Assembly: GCA_023244975.1 (NCBI GenBank) | Contig: JAHFLG010000012.1 | Location: 1-58,015, forward strand | Direction: 5' to 3' | Source of the DNA: Candidatus Harrisonbacteria bacterium | Lineage (GTDB): Bacteria > Patescibacteriota > Minisyncoccia > UBA6257 > 1-14-0-10-44-23 | DNA: 58,015 nt | Part shown: positions 27,350 through 37,338 of the stretch, in pieces | Layout: every line of letters starts with the position of its first letter | Numbering within the stretch: the first letter of the stretch is position 1 | Notes under the pieces: generated by a model | Told to the model about the DNA's origin: nothing | Databases searched by the model: none | The model's input: only the letters and a program-made list of their open reading frames with translations | Translations under genes and position numbers: made by a program

Positions 27350-27871
27350 ATGAATACTCCACTTGTTGGGATCATCATGGGATCGGACTCGGATTTAAAG
27401 GTCATGTCTGAGGCCGCGAAAGTTTTGGAAGAGCTCGGCATTGCCTATGAAATCACGGTTGCCTCGGCTCATCGCGCTCCGGAGCTGACGGCTGAGTATG
27501 CTAAAACCGCCCGCGAAAAAGGCATGAAGGTCATTATCGCCGGCGCCGGAGGTGCGGCGCACCTGGCTGGAGTTACCGCGGCACTGACTACTCTTCCGGT
27601 CATCGGCGTGCCGGTAGAAAGCGGCAGCCTCAAAGGAGCTGATGCACTCCACGCCACTGTGCAGATGCCCCCGGGCATTCCGGTGGCTACGGTTGCAATT
27701 AACGGCGCGCGCAACGCCGGAATTTTAGCTGCGCAGATAATCGGTACCAGCGACGCGGCTGTTGCCCAGAAGTTATCTGACATGAAAAAAAGCCTGCATG
27801 AGGGAGTGGTAAAAAAGGGAAGCAAGTTGAAAGAGGATGGCTACAAAAAATATCTTGAAGAAATGAAATGA
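27350..27871 (+). CDS. purE: N5-CAIR mutase (class I PurE-like)
   Basis: GSDSDL, SAHRAP and AGGAAHLAG motifs (class I pattern). Confidence 0.9.
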   Translation: MNTPLVGIIMGSDSDLKVMSEAAKVLEELGIAYEITVASAHRAPELTAEYAKTAREKGMKVIIAGAGGAAHLAGVTAALTTLPVIGVPVESGSLKGADALHATVQMPPGIPVATVAINGARNAGILAAQIIGTSDAAVAQKLSDMKKSLHEGVVKKGSKLKEDGYKKYLEEMK

Positions 27872-27872
27872 T

Positions 27873-27954
27873 GGCCGAGCCGTAACCCCGGCCGTCACAG
27901 CGAGCATAGACATGGTGCCCTGCTCGCGAGACGGACGAGGGTGAGCGCGAGGCC
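27873..27954. repeat. structured GC-rich repeat, family B, copy 1
   Basis: The 5' arm (32 nt) and 3' arm (about 32 nt) are identical to those of 40988-41070, and the centre is divergent. Imperfect palindrome. Confidence 0.8.
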
Positions 27955-27966
27955 ATCACACGCATT

Positions 27967-28899
27967 ATGAATATACTCAAAGAAACACATTTTAAGAATC
28001 TAGGAGAGTACAAAAAAGGTAAGGTCCGCGACGTGTATATTCAGCCCGACAAGCTGATTTTAGTTTCTACGGACCGGCACTCATCGTTTGATCGCATCAT
28101 CGCCCACATTCCCTACAAGGGTCAGGTCTTAAACCAGACGGCCGCTTTCTGGTTTGATCAGACCAAGGACATTATTCAAAACCATGTGCTTGCTGTTCCT
28201 GATCCGAATGTGGTTGTTGGCAAGCGTTGCACGGTTATCCCTATTGAGATGGTGGTGCGCGGATTTATTACGGGTACAACCAACACCTCGCTTTGGACGC
28301 TCTATAAAGAAGGCCAGCGTGACTTTGGCAACTTTACATTGCCCGATGGCATGACCAAGAATCAAAAGTTAGCTGAGCCGGTGCTAACACCAACGACAAA
28401 ATCTGACGAGCACGATCGGCCGCTGACTCCGAAAGAAGCTGTCAGCGAGGGGATTGTGACGCAGGCGCAGTGCGACGAGCTCGCCAAGGCGGCTATTTCT
28501 TTGTTCAAACGCGGCCAGGAGGTTTCACTGAAGCACGGACTTATTTTGGTAGATACAAAATATGAGTTTGGCTTGGACAGTAGCCAGCGATTGATGCTCA
28601 TCGACGAGATTCACACTCCAGACTCCTCGCGCTACTGGCAGGCGGACAGTTATGAAGCCAGACTGAAAGAGGGGAAGGAGCCACAGAATTTTGATAAGGA
28701 GTTTTTACGTTTGTGGTTTAAAGATCACTGCGATCCATACAAAGACGCTACGCTTCCGGAGGCTCCGGCTGATATGGTGGAGGAGCTCTCTCGTCGCTAC
28801 ATCCAGATCTACGAACAACTGACAGGACTCAAGTTCAAAGTGAGCAGTGAGCCGATATTACAGCGGATAGAGAAAAATTTAGAAAAATATCGAATGTAG
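27967..28899 (+). CDS. purC: SAICAR synthetase (long form)
   Basis: GKVRDVY, SDRHSSFD-type motif (STDRHSSFDRI), LILVDTKYEFG. Confidence 0.85.
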   Translation: MNILKETHFKNLGEYKKGKVRDVYIQPDKLILVSTDRHSSFDRIIAHIPYKGQVLNQTAAFWFDQTKDIIQNHVLAVPDPNVVVGKRCTVIPIEMVVRGFITGTTNTSLWTLYKEGQRDFGNFTLPDGMTKNQKLAEPVLTPTTKSDEHDRPLTPKEAVSEGIVTQAQCDELAKAAISLFKRGQEVSLKHGLILVDTKYEFGLDSSQRLMLIDEIHTPDSSRYWQADSYEARLKEGKEPQNFDKEFLRLWFKDHCDPYKDATLPEAPADMVEELSRRYIQIYEQLTGLKFKVSSEPILQRIEKNLEKYRM

Positions 28900-28947
28900 T
28901 GTCCTGTCATCCTGAGGCCGAAGGTCCGAAGGATCTAATTCAGCGCT

Positions 28948-29021
28948 CGCCGCTACGCTAAAAAGTGAGCGCTCCGGGCCGCTAGGCCAAGTCCTACGCA
29001 CTTTGTTAGCGCATCGGCTCG
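28948..29021. repeat. structured GC-rich repeat, family C, copy 1
   Basis: About 90% identical to 38952-39024. Flanked by the direct repeat CGCT. Confidence 0.75.
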
Positions 29022-29107
29022 CGCTTGAACCAGTTACGGTTCGGCTTTTTGTGATTCCCGTGAAGCAAAGACTAGAAAAAGTGAGAGAAAAATGCGAGGA
29101 TATATCT

Positions 29108-30226
29108 ATGGCTAAAAGTGAGTACGCAAAAAGCGGGGTGGACTATACCTTGATGGAGCCGTTTAAGCAGGCGATGATTGCTACGGGCAAACGCACGGTG
29201 ACGTTTCCGAATAAGCGCGGTGTGTATATTAATCAGGACGTGATGCACGCCCACGGCGCGGTGTATGAGTATCGCGGCAGTAAAAGTCACAGCTGGTGCC
29301 ACACGCACGAGGACCTAGGCAACAAGAACTGGATTGCGGAGTGGATGTATCAGAATGGCCCGAAGGGTCGGACATATTATGAAGGGATTGGGATTGATAC
29401 GGCCTTGATGGTGGTCAATGATGTTATTGCCCAGGGCGCCCTGCCGGTGGTGTTTACCGATCAGGTAGAAGTAGGCGACAGCGCCTGGTTTGGTGATATC
29501 AAGCGGAGTCAGGCCTTGGCTGAAAGTTTTTACAAGATTTGCGAAGAAGTCGGCATGGCGTTACCCGCAGGCGAGTCAGCGACATTAAAATATTTAATAA
29601 AATCAGCGCCGCCAGTGAAGATTGCTCCGAGTCTGTCCGGATCTGTCACCGCCATCATCGCGCCAAAAGAACGGCTCATCACTGGAAAAGATTTACAGGC
29701 AGGAGATCACATCATCGCCGTCAGCTCATCAGGTATTCACTCCAATGGAGTTTCGCTAGTTATTAAAAAAGCCATGGAGCTGCCGGAAAAGTTTTTAACC
29801 AAGCTGCCAAGCGGCACAACTCTCGGCGAGAGCGCACTTATTCCCACGCGTTCCTATGTGAAATTAATTGAACATTTGCAGGAGGGCGCCATAACCATTC
29901 ACGCGCTCCTTCCGGGGACCGGCGATGGAGTAGGGAAGCTGTCGTTCGACAAGCGGCCATTTTCATATCGTATTCATTCATGGCTCGCGGTTCCCGAACT
30001 GATGCAGTTTTTCCGCAGCCAGGGTCTGTCGCTACTCGACTGTCTCAAGACCTTTAACTGGGGGGCCGGTTACTATATTTTTGCACCAAAAGACCAAGTA
30101 GATCAGATTATAAAAATCGGCACCGCAGCCGGCTACACGCTTGCCGACGTCGGCACCGTTGAAAGCGGCACTCGCCAAACCATCTTCGAACCCGAAAAGA
30201 TTATCTTGCCTCCTCCGGGCCAGTAA
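29108..30226 (+). CDS. purM: divergent AIR synthetase (PurM-like)
   Basis: YAKSGVD N-terminus, GIGIDTALMVVNDVIAQGA, SSSGIHSNGVSL. Start at MAKSEY; the ORF-track TTG start reads through repeat C1. Confidence 0.65.
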   Translation: MAKSEYAKSGVDYTLMEPFKQAMIATGKRTVTFPNKRGVYINQDVMHAHGAVYEYRGSKSHSWCHTHEDLGNKNWIAEWMYQNGPKGRTYYEGIGIDTALMVVNDVIAQGALPVVFTDQVEVGDSAWFGDIKRSQALAESFYKICEEVGMALPAGESATLKYLIKSAPPVKIAPSLSGSVTAIIAPKERLITGKDLQAGDHIIAVSSSGIHSNGVSLVIKKAMELPEKFLTKLPSGTTLGESALIPTRSYVKLIEHLQEGAITIHALLPGTGDGVGKLSFDKRPFSYRIHSWLAVPELMQFFRSQGLSLLDCLKTFNWGAGYYIFAPKDQVDQIIKIGTAAGYTLADVGTVESGTRQTIFEPEKIILPPPGQ

Positions 30227-30320
30227 TCCTTATATCCCTAATTCGAACGAATTAGTCCTTATATTATCACGTACTAGTACGCTGTAACATGAGTTAGGTT
30301 AAGAAATTTTAAAATTAATT

Positions 30321-30386
30321 AAAAAACAAAGGAGCCGCCTGACACAGCTCCAATGTTGGGCGGGCGTCAGACGGCTCGAATTTTTA
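30321..30386. terminator. bidirectional intrinsic terminator
   Basis: Stem GAGCCGCCTGAC/GTCAGACGGCTC (11 of 12 bp) flanked by an A-tract (AAAAAACAAAG) and a T-tract (GAATTTTT). Confidence 0.6.
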
Positions 30387-30464
30387 GTTTGCTACCGTGA
30401 GCGTGTCAGGTACGTTCACAGCGTGTTCACCTCCTTCCTGTCCGCGCGGTGCGGACGGTGTGGG

Positions 30465-31004
30465 TCAGTCGTCGAGGACGACGCCGTTGGGGATGTAGCA
30501 GGCGACAAAAATGTGCATGCTCCAGTCCTTGGGGAGGACGTGGAAGTCGAGTTTCTTGTTGCCCTGCAGGATTGCAGGGAAGCCATCGCGAGGGACCTCA
30601 GCGGCGACGGATCCCTTGGGCGGTTTCCGGAAGACCTGCGTTCCTACGAAGATGACACGCAGGCCCTGCTCCCGAATTCGTTCTCCCAGGAGTGGGCCGC
30701 CCTGTTGGCGAGGAATCTCGATGAAGTGGTCGTACATCCACTCTCCTTCCGCCCATCCCGGAAAGGTGACGCCGAGCTCACTTGCATCGCGCAAGCGCTC
30801 TTCCAACTCGTCGGCCGAGATGCTCTCCTCCTGGGCACGAACGACACGTGCCACTCGGATCTCGCCACCGCCGATTGGTGAATTGTGGCCGAGGCTGCTC
30901 ATCCAGGGCCGCCCTTCCTTCGCGTGCTTCAGCGTAGTCCGCCGCATTCTCGGAACCAGAATGCGGATCTCAGGGTCAACGCCGAAAAGTCCGGTTGAAC
31001 TCAT
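30465..31004 (-). CDS. orphan 179-aa protein of unknown function, compositionally foreign
   Basis: About 60 %GC by eye against high-40s in the flanks. AAGGAG SD 8 nt upstream of the ATG at 31004. Own terminator. No motif I recognise, and no TM helix or signal peptide. Confidence 0.7.
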   Translation of the reverse strand: MSSTGLFGVDPEIRILVPRMRRTTLKHAKEGRPWMSSLGHNSPIGGGEIRVARVVRAQEESISADELEERLRDASELGVTFPGWAEGEWMYDHFIEIPRQQGGPLLGERIREQGLRVIFVGTQVFRKPPKGSVAAEVPRDGFPAILQGNKKLDFHVLPKDWSMHIFVACYIPNGVVLDD

Positions 31005-31110
31005 TTCTATCGCTCCTTTCGTGAGCGTTGCCACCAAACTTACTGGGTCTGGGGCGAGTACATACATAAGCACAAATAGGCTCATTAGTCAATTATGAGA
31101 GGAGTTTATA

Positions 31111-31139
31111 TTGACTTATGCCTTTTTATCTGCTATATT
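31111..31139 (+). promoter_or_regulatory. sigma70-like promoter for guaB
   Basis: TTGACT-17 nt-TATATT, about 50 nt upstream of the guaB ATG. Confidence 0.5.
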
Positions 31140-31189
31140 GGATTTCTTACTCAAAGGTAAGCTTAAGGTTTAGTCAAAAAAAAGCTCAT

Positions 31190-33938
<2,749 letters not shown>

Positions 33939-33939
33939 C

Positions 33940-35478
33940 ATGGAGTCACTCGATACCATCGTCATACTGGATTACGGCAGCCAAGTAACCCAGCTTATTG
34001 CGCGTCGCATCCGGGCGGCCAATGTGCACGCTGTGATTGTGCCGTTTACGGTGGCTCTCAGTGAACTTAAAAAACCAGAGGTCAAAGGCATTATTCTCTC
34101 CGGTGGCCCGGCCAGCGTCTATGTCAGTGGCGCTCCGGCTCTAAACAAAAAAATATTTGAACTTGGCAAACCAGTCCTTGGTATTTGTTACGGCTTCCAG
34201 CTGATGGCGCACAATTTTGGCGGAGCGGTTGAGCGGGGAAAGAAGCGCGAATATGGGGAGGCGCTGCTTTCAGTGAAAGATGAAGCCGGATTATTTGCAG
34301 GAACTCCAAAAGAGCAGGTGGTCTGGATGAGCCATGGCGACAGCGTGGTGAAGCTGCCAAAGGATTTTAGTCTGATCGCCACCTCGGACAACACGCCGCT
34401 GGCAGCCGCCAAGCACGACAGCAAACCTTTCTATGGTATCCAGTTTCATGCTGAAGTCTGGCACACCGCCCATGGCACAAAAATATTAGAAAACTTTTCA
34501 AAAGGTATCTGCAAGGCGCGAGCCCAGTGGACGACCAAGCACTTTATCAGCGAGGCCGTTAGCGAAATTCAGAACACCGTCGGTAAGAATAATGTTGTCC
34601 ACGCGCTTTCGGGAGGCGTTGATTCAACCGTCCTCGCCCTGCTGCTTAAAAAAGCTCTGCCAGCGGCTCAGCTCAAGAATATCTATATCGACACTGGTCT
34701 GATGCGGCTCAATGAGTCCAAAGAAGTCATGGCGGCATTTAAAGCCTTGGGTCTGCAAGTTACTATGCAGGACGAGAGCAAGGCATTTCTATCAAAGCTT
34801 AAAGGGGTTGTTGAGCCTGAGGCTAAGCGGAAAATAATCGGCAAGGAGTTTATCCGCGCTCTGATGAGCGATGTCGGGTCAAAGGATTTTCTCAGCCAGG
34901 GGACACTCTACCCGGATGTCATTGAAAGCGTCAGTGTGCACGGACCGTCGGACACTATTAAGACTCACCACAACCGCGCGCCAGAAGTATTGGCTCTGAT
35001 TAAAAAAGGACGCGTCGTTGAGCCGCTGAAAGAATTATTTAAAGACGAGGTGCGCAAGCTCGGTATGGAGCTCGGTATGCCCAGCGATATGGTCTACCGT
35101 CACCCGTTCCCGGGCCCGGGTCTGGGCATTCGGATTTTGGGAGATATTACCAAAGAGCGCTTGGAGATTTTGCGCCATGCAGACGCCATTTTCATCGAAG
35201 AAATTAAAAAAGCCGGTTTATACAAAGAGATGGCTCAGGCGTTTGCGGCCTTAGACACCAACCGAGCTGTGGGTGTAAAAGGGGATGAGCGTGAGTTTGG
35301 CTATATGATCCTGCTGCGTGCGGTGACCACCTCAGATTTTATGACCGCCGACTGGTACCGTTTTGACAATGAGTTCCTCGCTCGCGTAGCTAACCGCATC
35401 GTCAATGAAGTTACTGGCGTCACCCGCGTGCTCTACGACCTCACGCAAAAACCCCCCGCAACTATTTGTTATATGTAA
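33940..35478 (+). CDS. guaA: GMP synthase (glutamine-hydrolysing)
   Basis: GATase (GICYGFQLM), PP-loop SGGVDS, C-terminal dimerisation domain. Confidence 0.9.
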   Translation: MESLDTIVILDYGSQVTQLIARRIRAANVHAVIVPFTVALSELKKPEVKGIILSGGPASVYVSGAPALNKKIFELGKPVLGICYGFQLMAHNFGGAVERGKKREYGEALLSVKDEAGLFAGTPKEQVVWMSHGDSVVKLPKDFSLIATSDNTPLAAAKHDSKPFYGIQFHAEVWHTAHGTKILENFSKGICKARAQWTTKHFISEAVSEIQNTVGKNNVVHALSGGVDSTVLALLLKKALPAAQLKNIYIDTGLMRLNESKEVMAAFKALGLQVTMQDESKAFLSKLKGVVEPEAKRKIIGKEFIRALMSDVGSKDFLSQGTLYPDVIESVSVHGPSDTIKTHHNRAPEVLALIKKGRVVEPLKELFKDEVRKLGMELGMPSDMVYRHPFPGPGLGIRILGDITKERLEILRHADAIFIEEIKKAGLYKEMAQAFAALDTNRAVGVKGDEREFGYMILLRAVTTSDFMTADWYRFDNEFLARVANRIVNEVTGVTRVLYDLTQKPPATICYM

Positions 35479-35489
35479 TAATAAAGTAT

Positions 35490-36908
35490 ATGAACCCACT
35501 ACACGCAATTTCACCAATAGACGGACGATATCGGAAGTATGCAGAGATGCTGGCGCCGTATTTTAGTGAGGCCGGACTGATGAAGTACCGCGTCATTGTT
35601 GAAGGCGAGTATTTAATAGCTCTTTCGCAGTTGGGATTAGGACTTCGCAAGCTGACGCAGGCGGAGACCATGATGATTCGCGACCTCTATGAGCTTTCAG
35701 AGGCTGACGCACAGATAATCAGTGATATTGAACTCAAGGGGTATCAATTCGCCAGCTGGCGGATCAAAGCCACTGATCATGACGTCAAAGCAGTGGAATA
35801 TTTTTTGAAAGATAAACTGGCGAATACCTCGCTCAAGGACTGCCTGGAGTGGATTCATTTTGCTCTTACCTCTGAAGACACAAACAATTTGGCCTATGGC
35901 TTGCTGATGAGCGACGCGCTTTCATATGTTATCCTCCCGGTGATTAGTGGGTTAGTTGCATCAATAGATGCCCTTGCCAAAGAACACGCCGACCTGTCGA
36001 TGCTCAGCCGCACGCACGGCCAGCCAGCCTCGCCGACTACCTTTGGCAAAGAGTTTAAAGTCTACGCGCACCGTCTTGGCCGCCAGATTAATCAGCTGAC
36101 GTATCACAAGTTTTTGGTAAAGCTCAACGGCGCTACCGGCAATTATAACGCCCATGTGGCGGCCTATCCGAAAATAGATTGGGTAAAGTTTACTCAGGAC
36201 TTTGTCATGCAGCTTAATAGCCGCGTATACTCCACAGTTCCTAAAAATACTGGAGCTAATTTGGAGGCGAACCTCGTGACCACGCAGATCGAGTCACATG
36301 ACAGCTTGGCTGAGATGTTTGATATCTTCCGGCGCTTTAATACGATCCTGATTGGTTTTGACCAGGATATGTGGCGCTACATCTCTGATGGCTGGCTTGG
36401 CCAGAAGGCGAAAGAAGGGGAGGTGGGCTCGTCAACGATGCCGCACAAGATTAACCCGATTAAGTTTGAAAACAGCGAAGGTAATCTTGGGATTGCCAAT
36501 GCCTTGTTCACTCACTTTGCGCAAAAGCTGCAGGTCTCGCGACTGCAGCGCGATCTGTCTGACTCAACGGTTCAGCGCAGTATTGGCTCGGCCTTCGCGC
36601 ATTCGCTTATTGCATATCAATATACTCTTAACGGACTGAGCCGCGTGGCAGTGAATAGTGAAAAAGTAGCCGAGGCCCTGCTCGCTCACCCAGAAGTATT
36701 AGCCGAAGCCATCCAAACCGTCCTGCGTCGCGAAGGCGTGGCGATGCCATATGAACAGCTTAAAGCCCTGACCCGCGGCAAAGAAGTAACCATGGCCGAC
36801 CTGACCACGTTTATCGACGGTCTCGAGGTCTCCGCCACCGTCAAAACCGAACTCAAGCAGTTTACCCCACAAAACTATACTGGTCTTGCCGCGAAGCTGG
36901 CTCAATGA
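35490..36908 (+). CDS. purB: adenylosuccinate lyase
   Basis: SPIDGRY N-terminus and the fumarate-lyase signature SSTMPHKINP. Confidence 0.9.
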   Translation: MNPLHAISPIDGRYRKYAEMLAPYFSEAGLMKYRVIVEGEYLIALSQLGLGLRKLTQAETMMIRDLYELSEADAQIISDIELKGYQFASWRIKATDHDVKAVEYFLKDKLANTSLKDCLEWIHFALTSEDTNNLAYGLLMSDALSYVILPVISGLVASIDALAKEHADLSMLSRTHGQPASPTTFGKEFKVYAHRLGRQINQLTYHKFLVKLNGATGNYNAHVAAYPKIDWVKFTQDFVMQLNSRVYSTVPKNTGANLEANLVTTQIESHDSLAEMFDIFRRFNTILIGFDQDMWRYISDGWLGQKAKEGEVGSSTMPHKINPIKFENSEGNLGIANALFTHFAQKLQVSRLQRDLSDSTVQRSIGSAFAHSLIAYQYTLNGLSRVAVNSEKVAEALLAHPEVLAEAIQTVLRREGVAMPYEQLKALTRGKEVTMADLTTFIDGLEVSATVKTELKQFTPQNYTGLAAKLAQ

Positions 36909-36988
36909 AACATAATTAAGGGTAGTGCGTTATAAAGAGTATGCAACGAGGAAATGCTATAAATTTTGTTTTTAATATGGTCCCGCCG

Positions 36989-37018
36989 AGCTCGCTTGAA
37001 GGGCGAGCTTTGCTTTTC
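36989..37018 (+). terminator. intrinsic terminator after purB (first of two)
   Basis: AGCTCGC-TTGAAGG-GCGAGCT then TTGCTTTTC. Confidence 0.5.
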
Positions 37019-37050
37019 TGAATTTGACTTCACTCACTTAGAAAATCAAT

Positions 37051-37080
37051 GCCCGCTTTTCAAGCGGGCGTTTTTGTTTT
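37051..37080 (+). terminator. intrinsic terminator (second, canonical)
   Basis: GCCCGCTT-TTC-AAGCGGGC followed by GTTTTTGTTTT. Confidence 0.7.
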
Positions 37081-37110
37081 GGTAGCGACCTTCGGGTCAG
37101 AAAGGCGATC

Positions 37111-37290
37111 ATGGAAAAAACGATCAGTACGCGCGCCGAAGAAAAGCTCCGCAGGCTTGCGAAGCGATTTGGAGTGCCGTACGAGCAGTTGCTCGAGGAG
37201 CTACTCCGGGATTTCGAGGATCCTGAGGGAGCTCTCATCGAAGCCGAGGACGAGACCAGTTCGTTCTCACAAGACTGCCGGGGGATCTAG
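37111..37290 (+). CDS. possible 59-aa ribbon-helix-helix-like small protein
   Basis: TISTR strand followed by two helices (AEEKLRRLAKRFG, VPYEQLLEELLRDF) and an acidic tail. GC higher than the neighbours. Bracketed by terminators. Below the ORF-track cutoff. Confidence 0.35.
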   Translation: MEKTISTRAEEKLRRLAKRFGVPYEQLLEELLRDFEDPEGALIEAEDETSSFSQDCRGI

Positions 37291-37309
37291 TGTTTTCCGG
37301 CAACAGCAC

Positions 37310-37338
37310 GGGGCGGCTACGGTCGCCCCTTTCGATTT
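37310..37338 (+). terminator. hairpin terminator after the small ORF, overlapping the purH stop
   Basis: GGGGCG-GCTACGGT-CGCCCC then TTTCGATTT. Confidence 0.45.

Noticed and set aside
28948-29021. Possible ZTP (pfl) or purine riboswitch upstream of purM and purH (family C repeats)
   Set aside because: The location is suggestive and a CCGGAGCG segment looks superficially ZTP-like. However, the conserved GGGUCGUGACUGGCG and CCGCCUGGGCA cores and the P2 hairpin are absent. The second copy is antisense to purH. Not supported from the sequence alone.
30286-30300. Integron attC-like core site (GTTAGGT, matching GTTRRRY) near the foreign cassette
   Set aside because: This is a single 7-mer match. 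No paired inverse core in an attC-like bulged hairpin is present, and no intI gene or attI site is in the window. It is too weak to call a gene cassette.
30384-30438. Strong SD (GGAAGGAGG) downstream of the orphan gene, followed by an 11-codon GTG mini-ORF (MNVPDTLTVAN)
   Set aside because: The ORF is too short to support, the SD-to-start spacing is about 10 nt, and its stop lies in the terminator T-tract. It is recorded only as an oddity of the 3' UTR of the foreign cassette.
30423-31098. Plus-strand ORFs of 152 and 195 aa overlapping the orphan gene
   Set aside because: These are typical open shadow frames of a high-GC segment (Arg/Pro/Ser-rich). They have no SD. The minus-strand frame has the SD, the terminator and a sensible composition.
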